Shown: piece by piece, positions 24,593-37,084 of the stretch
Layout: every line of letters begins with the position of its first letter
How positions within the stretch are numbered: the first letter of the stretch is position 1
Origin: Marsupella aquatica
Taxonomy: Eukaryota; Plantae; Marchantiophyta
Assembly (NCBI GenBank): GCA_973895155.1
Contig: OZ316894.1
Coordinates: 15,120,699 to 15,184,698, forward strand
Direction: 5' to 3'
Length of the DNA stretch: 64,000 nucleotides
Made by a program: the position numbers and the translations under genes
Notes under the pieces: generated by a model
The model's input: only the letters and a program-made list of their open reading frames with translations
The model's database searches: none
Told to the model about the DNA's origin: nothing

Positions 24593-26537
24593 GTTACTAG
24601 TTTTTATGGAACTAAGATAGTCACTCTTCAAACATAGTAATTTACGTACTAGTTATTTACTATTCTAATAGTTTTAATGTGATACTATCTCCTCATTTTC
24701 TAAATTTTTGATCATTATGAATGAAGGGAGGCAAGGCCGCAGAAGGGAGGCGAGGCAAGGAGGGGCGAGTGAGGCAGGCAGCCTTGTAGGGGTGTCGGGG
24801 CCAGGAGGGCGCGAAGCCTTATGCGGAGGTGAGGCGATGATGGCGGGGCATAATGAGTGCCCGGAAGGGAGGAATTGCGCGGGCCTGCCCCTGTTGGCCT
24901 CATTAAACGATCGGATGGATACAAAAAGTCAGATGCTTGTATCTGACAGTTCAATTTCATTCTCGCTGATATTCAAATTCATAACGGGATGATGGACGAA
25001 AGTGGCCAACTGGGCGGCATTGCCTATTATAGTGTTAGATAAGTGAAAAATGGTATTATGAGAGTAGTTTTGAGCCAATGAAGAGTTTGTTGTCCTACAT
25101 GGCTAAATTCTATTGGTGTTCCTTTTTCCAATGAAGTTGAGTTTGACAAAAATGGACCAATGACAAAGAAGTTTTTGCATTTCTTACTATATTTAGTAAC
25201 AGGAAAATAAAGTGAGTTGGCGGGATTATTTGTCAATCATTGACGTTATCAACGGTAATTCGGGTCTAATGGTTGTGATGATGAAGTGACTTTCATTTGT
25301 TGCATATTTGGCTTAGTCTTAGCCATTTATTTATCATTTGATTGTCATGGGGCTTATTTTGGAGATAGAAAGTTATTATCTAACATTTCACTAACTCTAG
25401 AGATTTCCAAAACATTCATTTCAAAAATCCAAAAAGGTGATCTGAAATTTCCAAAACTCAAAATTGAAGTTTCCAAAAGCATACTTTTAAATTTCCAAAA
25501 CCTAGTCCATTGGATGAATTACGAAAGGCAATGAAAAAAGGACTCCTTCAAATGAATGACTGAAATTACATCTTTATAATAAATGGGACACTAACGGTGG
25601 TGCCGTACATATAATTTGATATCCCTTCATGGGCCTTCATTGTTGGGTTTTTTGCTAACTACAACATTGTCTTCCGCTAAAGTAACTACAAAGTTGAATC
25701 TCAACCTTGGCCAACACATATTTGACTAGACAGCTACACTAATCATATCAAGAATATATGTGAACTAACAAATGAAGGATAGCTTCGTCACAGACACCCA
25801 TTTCTCCTCCTTCCTAAACTTTGTCCATCTTCCAAAATCCCTGCCAAAGCCTCCCCTCTCCCCTCCACGTTCCGCCATAATCCAATTGTGTCCACCTTCA
25901 AGCCGAAACGACTCCTATTCTCCTCTCCTCTGCTACTGGGCCAAACCGAAAGGAATGATTCCAGGGTTGCGCATTGCCCTTTACCCTTCCCTCCCAATGG
26001 GGCTAATTCTAATCTATATGAAACATATTCACTAAATTCTATCCGTAATATGAACTACTATGTCCTACCTACTCTTTACTCTTGAGTTGATTCTACAGAA
26101 TTTTGTCGTTTGTCTGTGAACTTCGTTGACTACTTTCACAAACTCCCTAAAATTTGTGGCAAATAGCCCATGCGCAACTCCTAGGCCTTTTGCGCATTGA
26201 TTAGTTTCATGCTCAGTGAAGTCTTCCTTACGAGACATCCACAATATGATCTCTATGTGCCGAGGAGTAAGTTCTGAAGTTGTCAGTTGGAGAACATCAT
26301 ATTTGCGCACTGGCCATGACGCAAAAAGTGAGTTAGATTCCCCAAACCCTTGGAGTTGAGTGTATATCTGTTGATACTGTTTTTGGTCTTTAGCCAAATT
26401 CAGACTGGACCATTTTGGAGTGTTTTGCCACAAATACACACGCACATCTCTTGCCAAGGCTAACTCCTACAACACTGGTTGAAGTTTGTTGCTTATAAAT
26501 GTATCTGCAAGGAAACCATTATTATTGTCGTTGAAGC

Positions 26538-27225
26538 TGTCACGCCGAAAGCTTCATCCTTACACAAATTTTAGCTTGGATGGGCATAATCTTCATTAGT
26601 TTTGAGAGTTCGGGCAAGGAGGGATGTGCAAACTGAACCTTACTCCCGTAATCTAGCGCTAAGTGCGCCTAGTCCTACTAACATAAATATCATGGGTATA
26701 GTTTTTGTTCCACAGCCGGAATGTACCTTAAGTCGATAGCTGGATTGACCCCGGCTTAAGGACTTCTCAGCCTTTGTGCTGTCCGCCTCCGATGATACGG
26801 GTATCCAACCCGGGCTTGCAACCACTATCCGCAGCCAACACCCCGTGCCCAGCTCGGATAATGCGTTCGGCCAAGCATTCTCTACCCGTATACGAGATTC
26901 ATACATGCAACTGAATTCACAATAATTCAATCTTGGTTTACACAAAGGAAATAGTGGGAAAAGACTTTACTTCAAAATCCATCATACACATATACACGGT
27001 TGACTCAACATCTCTTGAGTGAACAGGCCCAACGGCAGACAGGCGTACACTACAACGGAGCCTGGCTTCGCACTTGCCCAACGAGCTTAGTCATACCCTC
27101 CCTCCTTGATGCTCTTTTACTCACAAAGGTCAGGAATCCCCCACATCCTGCGAATACCCGGTTCTGAAACTAAAATCCCCCTGCCTCTATTGGGGGGTGC
27201 ACTAAATACTAAGAGCCGGGGACGC
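26538..27225 (-). mobile_element. 3' part of a family B LTR
   Basis: Diverged reverse complement of 29540-30215; terminus TGTCACG at 26538. Confidence 0.75.
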
Positions 27226-27234
27226 CACAGTAGG

Positions 27235-27427
27235 GAACACAATTAGGGTTAGGGCGTGCTAAGTGCCGGTAGCTAGGGGTAACCAACGGGAAGGAAGACC
27301 AGGCAAGGGGGGGTAAGGACCGATCGCAAGGAATGGCAGCTCATTTGCAAGCATGAACTAAGTAGACAATTATGTGAAGCCAACTACTATTAGCTGCTTA
27401 GGCAAGCACTCTGGGTGGGAGCAGATA
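27235..27427 (+). mobile_element. Fragment of family A LTR 5' region
   Basis: Matches ~42467-42657 (TTAGGGTTAGGGC..TAAGTGCCGG...GCAGATACC). Confidence 0.8.
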
Positions 27428-27470
27428 CCCTAAACCCTAAAACCCTAAACCCTAAACCCTAAACCCTAAA
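27428..27470 (+). repeat. Interstitial plant telomeric repeat (CCCTAAA)6
   Basis: Six units, one of them CCCTAAAA, at a junction between TE fragments. Confidence 0.95.
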
Positions 27471-27700
27471 CTCCGTCTACAAGAACCATCTTGATGGTAC
27501 AATTATTAATTTCGATCGAGATGTCCAGCGCTCCAAGGTCCTCGCATATCATGTTGCAGTCCGCGATCCCAACTCGGGGTAGTCTCCTCCTTCGGCGACC
27601 CATGAGCAACTCCCTTAGTTGCCGTCTGTACTGTGGGTTGTTCTGCAGCAGTTGCCCCACCGTCGCTGTAACCGGGCAACTCTTCACGTCTCGAAGACTC
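27471..27700 (-). pseudogene. Gypsy gag-protease fragment
   Basis: VTATVGQLLQNNPQYRRQLR...VLVDG is homologous to VSATVGQLLKNSPYFRKQLR...VPIDGG in 4662-7493. Confidence 0.8.
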
Positions 27701-30215
27701 AGGGATTCGAGCACCTCGCCTCCCTCCCCTGGAACACTTGCAGGTACTACGGGGAGGACATGACGGAGTTCATCAGGAACTATGACGACGCGCATCAACA
27801 TACTCGGCTGCGGGGAAGGAGTATGTCCCTCACGGAAGAATGGCTCAGGATGATCTTCGGGTTACCCAAAGGTGACCATCGAGTCGAATCACGGGCTCCC
27901 GGGGGCAAGGGAGCCAAGTACCAATCTTCAAGTTTTCCCTCAGAGGGAGCAGTGGACAACGGGTTCGTGATGAAGACCTGCCTCATCCCCGAGATAGCTG
28001 AGCGACTGGAGTTCCAGAGGTACGCCCTCCACATGATGGAACCCCGGGGGGAGATCTCCGCCGCCCAGGTTATCCAGGTCAAGAACTATCGACCTAGGAG
28101 GTGGGCGTCGTACTTCACTAAGAAATTCCATGAAGAGATGGAGCGGCGAAGGAAGACGCTGTACATTGGCGGGAAGGCTTATTTCGCTAGCCACATCGAG
28201 ATCATTCTTGAGTGGTACGCCCGGTTTGATCAACGAACCCTTCCCCATGTCAACGTTACAAAGCTGGTCCCAGCTAGGTGGGTTTTCCCGGCCTTGGAGA
28301 GACGGCCCCAACCCGAGGCCCGAAGTCCAGCGGACATGCCAGCTTCACCCACCCCACCTCCACAAGTAGCTGTAGTCGTAACCAAGGAGGTACCGGATGG
28401 GTCGGGTGTCGCAACCGTTGATGCGATCCAACAGGCCGGGCTAAGTACAGAAGTCGGTACGGCGGAGGTCTTACCCGAGCTCGGTTCTCCCAAAGACCCA
28501 CCGGTGGCTATTCCGGAGAACCGGACATTGCTATAGGAGGACGCTCCAGCCCCTTCCAACGTTACGTCCCCAGGGCTGGACGTCACTGCCCCGGCCCCCA
28601 CGCGTGTTGACGTCTGCCCGTGCCCAACTCCGGACAGGCACAACCTGGACCACCCGGAACTCTTCGTACCGGGTACATTTCTGAACGGGCTTCTGGGAGA
28701 TTTCTCTCATTAGATTGCCCGGGATACCGGGGAGTTCATGGCCCGGAAGGTAGCCTGTTTCTTCAATCAGGAGTTGGTTGCCGCAATAAAGGCAGGTCGG
28801 GCCCAGTCAGAGGCCCTTCAGAGGATAGAGCGGTACCGGGTGGAGTCCGTGTACCTAAAGAATGAAGTTGCAGCTCAAGAGGCTAAGCTTCGGCAACTAC
28901 GACCCAAGGTTGTAGCCGCCGATGAGTTGTTAGCAAAGGCGCACGCTCTTATCGCCCTAGCCAAACAGGCCGAGATTACACGACTCCGGAACCAGATTGA
29001 CAGTTTGAAGAATCAAACTGTCACCTGGCAGAAAGACCTGGAGGAGGCCAAGGAACGGGCCCAACGGGACACGGCGGAGATAGCCACGCTGCAGGCCGAG
29101 GTGGCGCGGCTCCAAACCAAGGCCGAGAAGCAGGACCAGCTTGCGGGTAAACTGACAAGTGACGCCCAGCAGTTGGAGGAGGCTTGTCAGGAGGCAGCAG
29201 AGGAGACGGACGCGGCGAGGCGAGAGAACGAATCTCTGCTGGACCAGGTCCAGCTCCTCAAGGCGGACAATGACAGGCTTCGAAGGCAGCGGGATGGCCG
29301 CTCCCATTCAGGCGGCTCTGGCAAGCGTGCCAGGCATTAGCGGCGGAGTAGGAATAGATTAGGATTAGGACTAGCTTAGTCAGGCTCTTGGGATAGGCAC
29401 CTGCCTTCGGTACAGCATTGCTGCCATGCTGTCCAGCCTGCTTAGATTAGGATCTTCTAATAAGACACAGCCGTTTCCGGCCTGACTGTCAGCTTAGTTA
29501 AGACCTTAGTCAGTGAATCTTCGGCGAGAGGACACCCCGTCCCTCGGCCCTTAGTATTTAGTGCACCCCTCGGTAGAGGCAGGGGGGGTTTTTAGTTGCA
29601 GAGGTGGGCGTCCGCGGTATGTGCTGGGAGTCCCGACCTCTGGGAATGAAAGAGTACCAAGGGGAGGGGGTAGGACTAAGCTCGTCGGGCGAGTGCGGAG
29701 CCGGGCTCCATTGTAGTGTGCACCCTCGGCCTTGAACCTGTTCATTCCGGGGCTGTCGGGCTCCCTTTGTAGTAAAATCCTTTCCCATCATTTTCCTTCA
29801 TGTAAATCGAGATTGTATGCATGTGCGCGTGTATGTGTGTGGGTTTCTCGTATATGGGTGGCAGTGCCAGGCCGAACGCACTACCCAAGACGTGCACAGG
29901 GTGCAGCCTGCGGGTAAGTGGTTGCGAGCACGGGTTAAGGACCTGTATCATCGAATCCGGATCAAAGGCGGATAGCACGAAGGCTTAGAAGCCCTTAAGC
30001 CGGGGTCGATCCTGCTATCGACTAAGGTACGTTCCAGCGGCGGAACACAAACCATACCTAGGAGGTGTCCGTATTTAGCAGTATGCGCACTTAGCGCTAG
30101 TTTACGAGAATAAGGTGCATTACGTGCTTCCCTTCCTGCCCGAACCCTCAAATTTATGAGGGATGTGCCCGTCTAAGCTGAAGTCTGAGTTAAGGCCGCA
30201 GCCAATGACGTGACA
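27700..30215 (+). mobile_element. Family B LTR-like unit 1 (5' truncated) with decayed extra ORF ending at 29340
   Basis: ORF GFEHLASLPW...EFIRNYD...LTEEWLRMIFGLP plus coiled coil resembles the family A LTR ORF; the unit ends GACGTGACA. Confidence 0.75.
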
Positions 30216-32718
30216 AGCACCTTGCCTCTCTCCCCTGGAACACCTACATATACTACGGGAAGGACATGACGGAGTTTGTCAAGAATTATGATGACGTCCA
30301 TCAGCATACTTGGCTACGGGGGAGGAATATGTCCCTCACAGAGGAGCGGCTTAGGATGATCTTTGGGCTACCCGAGGATGATCACCGAGTCAAATCATGG
30401 GCTCCCAGGGGCAAGGGAGCCAAGTACCAATCCTTGAGTTTTCCCTCCGAGAGGTCAATGGACAACGGGTTCGTGATGAGGACCTGCCTCATCCCCGAGA
30501 TAGCTGAGCGGCTAGAGTTCCAGAGATACGCCCTCCAGATGATGGAACCCCAGGGCGAGATCTCTGCTGCCCAGGTTATCCAAGTCGAGAACTAACGACC
30601 TAGGAAGTGGGCTTCGTACTTCGCTAAGAAGTTCCATGAAGAGATGGAGCGGCAAAGGAAGTCACTATACATCGGCGGGAAGGCGTATTTTGCAAGCCAC
30701 ATCGAGATCATTCTCGAGTGGTATGCCCAATTTGATCAACGAACCCTTCACCGGGTCAACGTAACTAAGTTGGTCCCGACTAAGTAGATCTTCCCGACCT
30801 TGGAGAGATGGCCTCAACCCGAGGCCCAAAGTCTGGCGGCAACACAGGCCTCACCCATCCAACCTCCACATGTAGCGATAGCCGTGGCCAAAGAAGTACC
30901 GGAAGAGGCAGTGATCGCAACCTTAGATGCGATCAACCAGGCCGGGCCTGGTGCAGAAGTTGGGGCGGTGGAGGCCTTGCCCGAGCCCAAGGGTCCAGAA
31001 GACCCATCAGTGGCTATTCCAGAGGACAGCCCAATGGTGGAGGAGGACACTCCAGCCCCTTCCAACACTACATCCCCAAGGCTAGATATCACTACCCCGG
31101 CTCCCACGCGAAACGTCTGCCCGTGCCCAACTCCAAACGAGCATAACCTGGACCACCCGGAACTCTTCGTACCGGATACATTTCTAAATGGGCTTTTGGG
31201 AGATTTCTCCCAACAGATAGCCCGGGATACCGGGGAGTTCATGGCTCGGAAGGTAGCCTACTTCTTCAATCAGGAGTTGGTTACCGCAGTAAAGGCAGGT
31301 CCGGCTCAGTCGGAGGCCCTTCAACGGATAGAGCGGTACCGGGTTGAGTCCGTGTACCTAAAGGATGAAGTTGCAGCTCAAGAGGCTGAGCTTTTGCAAC
31401 TACAACCCAAGGTTGCAGCCGCCGATGAGTTGTTAGCAAATGCGCATGCCCTTACCGCCTTAGCCAAACAGCCCAAAGCCGGGAAGGAGGCCGAGATTGC
31501 ACGGCTCCGGATCCAGGTTGACAGTTTGAAGAACCAAACTGTCATCTGGCAGAAAGACCTAGAGGAGGCCGAAGAGCAAGCCCAACATGACACTACGAAG
31601 ATTGCCACCCTACAGGCCAAAGTGGCACGGCTTCAAGCCAAAGCCAAGAAACAGACCCAGGTGGTGGACTAGCTGACGAGCAACGCCCAGCAACTAGAAG
31701 AGGCATGCCAGGAGGCAGCTGAGGAGACGGACGCGGCAAAGCAAGAAAACAAATCTCTGTTGGACCAAGTCCTGCTCCTCAAGGCGGACAACGACTCCCA
31801 CTCGAACGGCTCTGGCAAGCGCACCAGACATTAGCGGAGGGTTAGGCTTAGAATAGACTTAGGAGTAGCTAAAACAGGCTGGTAGGACAAGTGCCGGCCA
31901 GAAGATAAAGGCGCTGACACATTAGCCAGCCTATGTAGAATAGGTTAGACTAATAGGACAAGCAGGCACCAGCTTAGCAAGGATATAAGTTAGCGTAGAT
32001 TCGGGCACGAGGCCAGGCCAGTCCTCAGCCCTTAGTATTTAGCGGCCCCCCAGTAGAGGTTAGGGGAGGGGGATTTTAGACTCAGAGGTTGGCCATTCAC
32101 CAGTACGCACGTGGAGTCCCGAACTTGGTGAAGTACCGGAGTGCCAAGGGGAGGGTATACAACTAAGCTTGCTGGGCGAGTGCGGAGCCGGGCTCCGTTG
32201 TAGTGTATACTCCTCGGCCTTGGGCCCGTTCGTTCACGAGGTGTCGGGTCAACCAATCGTAAAGTGTATGATCATAAATGAATGAAATCCTTTCTCCTTA
32301 ATTCCTTCATGTAAATCGAGATTTCTGTTATGTATGAATGCATGTATGAGTCTTGTGTGCAAGAATCAACGTCGGGCCAAACACGTTATGCCAACCGTGC
32401 ACGGGGTGCCGAATACGGGTACGGGGTTGCGAGCCCGGGTTGAGCCCTTGTACTAATGGATCCGGATCAAAGGCGGTAACACGAAGGCTTAGAAGTCCGT
32501 GAGCCGGGGTCGACCCAGTGTCGACTAAGGTACGTTCCGGCGGCGGAACACAAACTATACCTAGGAGGTGTTTGTACATAACAGTAAGCACACTTAGCGC
32601 TAGTTTACGTGAGTTAGGAGCATTTGGTGCGTCCCTCCCTGCCCGAACCCTCATATTTATGAAGGATATGTCTGTCTAAGCCAAAGCCCGGGTTAAGGCC
32701 TAGGCTGACGACGTGAGA
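30216..32718 (+). mobile_element. Family B LTR-like unit 2 (diverged, in tandem) with decayed ORF ending at ~31834
   Basis: Colinear with unit 1; ends GACGTGAGA. Confidence 0.75.
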
Positions 32719-32799
32719 AGTACCAGGTTGATGCTCTGGCAGTTCCTAGAGCCGTAGCAACTTGCATACCACAAGCGCTTGATAGTTTCACACATCTAT

Positions 32800-33678
32800 A
32801 GACCTCCTTGCAGCACTTAGGATTGGAGCGCTTGCTCAGGATTCCTTGGAATGTCGAGCTTGACTCCTACCTGCACGATTTCGTAAAAGGGACAATTATC
32901 CCTATTGAATTTCGACAAACCATACGAGCTTGACCAAGCTTGTGGACAGTTGAACAGATCTCCTGCGCCTTTGGATGTCCATCAGAGGGAGGCATTGTAT
33001 TCCAAGAAGAAGGATATATCCACCCCTTACTTCTCAGGAATTCAAAATCTCAAGAATTGATGGAATTTGACACAATGCACATGTCCTGAACTAAGAATTC
33101 TTTTGGAATTCTTAGTACCCATTCTCCATCCGAAAAAGCCAACTATCTGCCCTGTGGCCTTGGCTAACACTATTTCAGCTGCTCACAGTGGAGCTATAAA
33201 AGTAAATTGGGCCCTACTCCTGTTTAATGTTATGAAGGATCAAGTAAGGAGCTTGAAAGTAGGGAGGACCACTTACTTACAGAATTATCTCTCTCAGCTT
33301 TATTATGCCCATGCTTGCTTGCATTTTGAGGAGAGAACAGAAAGGGGGTTACTTCTGATCGAGATGGGCATTGAGGAAGAAATTGATGTGGAAGAACCAG
33401 TGGATGCCATTCCCCTAAATTCCAATGATGAGGATATTGATATGGATATAGAAAATGCATTTGTGGGAGGTCTTGAAGCTTTGCTTGAATACAACTTGGA
33501 GCTTGTCCAACATCCTCTGAATAACCAGGTGTACTCAAGAGAAGTCAACATGGGAGAACAACCTGTAGCTGAAGAAGATGAAGAGGATGAAGACCTCTTT
33601 GAGCAACAAGAGGATATTACGGAACCAACTATTGCTGTTAGCCTAAGGACCAGCTCGTCCACTCCTTCGAAAGCATAA
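32800..33678 (+). pseudogene. Third retrotransposon extra-ORF-type protein (decayed)
   Basis: LGLERLLRIPW...TIRA*PSLWTVEQI..AFG.P...LEFLVPILHPKKPT...VNWALLL...YLSQLY, followed by an acidic tract. Confidence 0.6.
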
Positions 33679-34880
33679 TCGAATCAGCAACTTATTGATA
33701 AGTTGATATCTCTTCTCAGTTGCAGTGATGATGGACTCTATGATGTTGTTAATGATTTAAGAATGGAAGCTGTCAGTTTGAGGTCACCATTCCCTGACCA
33801 ATTAAGTCCTATCAGGATGACCTCTTCCCCAGGAGAATCAGCACCAATGGAATTTGTGACTCTCACCCCTGCCACCCAACAGGCCCCTCTCTTAGAATCA
33901 AGTGAACCTGTTCCAGTGACAGAAAGTATCAGTTGTGTAGCTATTGTGGATGATTTGCTAGAGATACTGTAGTATGAACCTCGACAGATAGTGTCTGTGG
34001 TTAGCAACTTAATTCAACAGTGCCCAATTGCTAGCATGTCTTACAGTCTTGATTCCAATTATGAACCTACAAAAGGACCCACCTACACCCGGACTCAGTA
34101 TGAGCAACCTTTTGTTAGGGAGGATCTTCCTGAAGACTTTGATCCACCCTCAGATGGTGAAACTTATAGATCTTATGATAATTCTCTTGAGTCATCCCCA
34201 AGGCAAGGATTTGAAGATGTTGAAGCTGCATTGTCTGGGGGGAAAATGTGGTTCTTGAGGAAGCACCGGGCCTATGGCTGCTAGTGTCAAGAGAGAACTT
34301 AAGTTAAGATCATGATTACTATTCTAGACTGGGTAGCAGACACCACAATGAATGGTTCTGTGGATGAAAGCACAACATCATAACCCTTTTCTCCATACCT
34401 TTGACTATTGCCTCATTGGCAACTACCTTGGGTCGAGTTACAAAATGAATATCTCCCAACGAGAAAGAAACGGGAGGTTCATCGGAGGGAGGTTTGTTGA
34501 GATCCATCTCAATACAAGATAAAAATTGTGCAAGCCCAATCTTGCCCATAAACTACATAAGGGTATACAATCGGCTCTATTGAATTTAATACCGCGGTTG
34601 CAAATGCTTCTCCAAAGTAAAAAGTCATATGTTGACGCATGATCTCTTTTTGGAGTACATGAATTCTAATAAGGAAAGGATTAGGGAGAGGAAGAACAGG
34701 TACTGGTCTAGGCATTATCGTACTATCAAATATTCTATCTAACTAATATTCATTCTAATGACAAGATATAGAATCATTCAATAAAAAGATCATTCATTTC
34801 AAACAAATACTGTGCATTGAGTTAACTCTAAGTATATACATGCAGATGTTCATCTTAATAAGTTTATCTTCTTTTGAATG

Positions 34881-35150
34881 AAAACACTATCTGAAGGTCC
34901 AACGCGTACAAATTATCACTGACTGAGCTAAGCTCTAAGCCAGCGTGCATGCTACGTCTACTTCATAAGGGTTTCACCCAAAAGGAGCATATGATGTTAA
35001 GGTATTGTTGAGCACTTTGCATCTCTTTAGGACTTAATAACCATCTCCTATCAAATGATAACACTTGAAGGTCCAACTCATACAAAATATCTCTGGCCGA
35101 GCCGAACCTCTAAGCAAGCGTGTATGAGTGGGTCTACTTCATAAGGGTTA
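34881..35150. repeat. Imperfect direct repeat pair, period ~175 bp
   Basis: GAAGGTCCAAC...CTACTTCATAAGGGTT occurs at ~34893-34975 and ~35068-35150. Confidence 0.7.
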
Positions 35151-35365
35151 TATTCATAGAGGAGGTCATCAAATCCAATGGATTCTTAAGGCTTCACAAA
35201 TCAGTTGATGAAAAATGGGGAGTGAGGGGAGAGAGCCCCTCTCCTCTTTATTTATAGTGCTCACACCTCAAGCACATGGATCAAGCATGGCACATGGATG
35301 GAAGCCATGTGTCACACATCCAAGGCAAGTAAGTGTGCTAGTACTATAGTTACGTGAGTGGAGCA

Positions 35366-35838
35366 ACTATAGATCGTACACTGTAGCATGCACACTATAG
35401 CATGCATATTGTAGATCGTACACTGTAGCATGCACACTGTAGGTCTTGCACTATAGCATGCACACTGTAGATCATACACTGTAGCATGCATACTGTAGAC
35501 CGTGTACTGTAGCATGCACTCTGTAGACCATACACTGTAGCATGCACACTATAGACCGTACACTATAACATACACACTGTAGATTGTACACTATAACATG
35601 CACACTGTAGATCGTACATTGTAGCATGTATACTGTAGATCGTACACTGTAGCATGCACACTGTAGGTCTTGCACTGTAGCATGCACACTGTAGATCGTA
35701 TACTGTATCATGCATACTGTAGACCGTGTACTATAGCATGCACTCTGTAGACCGTACAAGGTAGTATGCACACTGTAGATTGTACACTATAGCATGCACA
35801 CTGTAGGTCGTGCACTGTAGCATGCACACTATAGACTG
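35366..35838. repeat. Minisatellite with 28-bp (2x14) unit CACTGTAGATCGTACACTGTAGCATGCA
   Basis: About 17 degenerate tandem units visible. Confidence 0.92.
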
Positions 35839-35944
35839 CATATAATACGAGAATTCAAACTACTATCCTATACTAAGTTATAATTAGGAGGAACTTACTA
35901 AATAAAGAATCCCCACGACAGCGTTACGGTCGAACCCAAATTTA

Positions 35945-36601
35945 GTGACAGTGGTCACCTTGTCTATCCAAACCCCCAGGAATGCTACTATTGAAAGGTA
36001 CCCCAGACATCCTGAGTCACAAGTGCACAAATATGTCACCACTTGCAAAATAATGCAGGCCAACAGACCACCAGTTGGAGAATTTTGGAGATACTACTAT
36101 CTGAAGAAGACTGAAGCAAGCTACATTTTTGATCTTAGGTGTCTTGGTACTTCCAAAGTGGAGATGGCACAATTTGACAAGTTCTGGACTAACTCTATCT
36201 ACTTCCGACCCATACTGGCTATGATGCTGCTACAAGGTGATGTGGAAGTGGAGGATCCTGATTTAGTCTTGACATATTTTGGGAACTTTGCAGCTTATGC
36301 TCTGGATTTTATAATCTCTTTCCTTATGCAGAGTAAGAAGTCTACTTCTCTTCAGAATGATTACATTCCACAAAAGCCCAAGGTTGTCCTCGTTTCGACC
36401 AGTACCTTAGCTGATAAACAGAGGATATGGAATAATGTTACCTCTCAAACTCTTACAGAATTCAACCGATACTTCAAGGATGTCATTTGGAGACTTTGTC
36501 CTTTCTATTCTAGGATGATGAGAACTGAAGATTTCTTATTCCATTACCCTCAAGTTTATGCTGCTACCTGCAATCACTATGATGTAATTGGAATTTACTG
36601 A
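35945..36601 (+). CDS. Hypothetical protein (218 aa), probably TE-borne
   Basis: Open frame with globular-like composition; no motif recognised. Confidence 0.35.
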   Translation: MTVVTLSIQTPRNATIERYPRHPESQVHKYVTTCKIMQANRPPVGEFWRYYYLKKTEASYIFDLRCLGTSKVEMAQFDKFWTNSIYFRPILAMMLLQGDVEVEDPDLVLTYFGNFAAYALDFIISFLMQSKKSTSLQNDYIPQKPKVVLVSTSTLADKQRIWNNVTSQTLTEFNRYFKDVIWRLCPFYSRMMRTEDFLFHYPQVYAATCNHYDVIGIY

Positions 36602-37084
36602 GAAGCACTTTGTATAGATTCATATTACTTAATGAGGAAAATGCCTCTGATGTATCTTGAGCGACAATTGAGATGCTTGCCCTATTCTTGAGGATCACCA
36701 CGTCAAGCTGAGCTCATGGAGGTTACACAGTCAGGGACTGTTACATTTGTGAAGCTTATCGAACCACATGACATTCAGCAACAAGACTAAGGCAGAGTCT
36801 AAGTGTTTCTAGTTAGTTTTAGGAGTAGTGCATCTTGTCTGATTTTTATAAATGTGTTCTAGAGCTTTAAAAGCTGTCATACTTCTTTAGCATATAGTTC
36901 TGTACTTAGGAAAGCCTGTTGGCAAAATCTCAGAGTTTTTTGACTTATATTTAGGAAGTTAAAAATAGTTGAATTTGCTAAGTTTTTAAGTGTACCGCAA
37001 TTACGAGTTACGAGTTACAACTTAAGCTTTTACGAGTTTACTAGTTTACGAGTTTACGGTTCTTACTTAGTGGTAATTGTAACG

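Larger units (their letters stand above)
12201..25025 (+). mobile_element. Decayed DNA transposon (Sola-like DDE transposase with Tnp1/En-Spm-like repeats), interrupted by the copia element; boundaries uncertain
   Basis: Transposase motifs at 13820-15000. The sequence resumes after the copia TSD. Possible terminus near 25000-25025. Confidence 0.55.

Noticed and set aside
24708-24992. GC-rich ORFs on both strands
   Set aside because: Probably subterminal transposon sequence; no coding signal recognised.
35312-35838. Possible CRISPR-like array or repetitive protein
   Set aside because: Contiguous 14/28-bp tandem units with no unique spacers; the ORFs are repeat artefacts; eukaryotic context.
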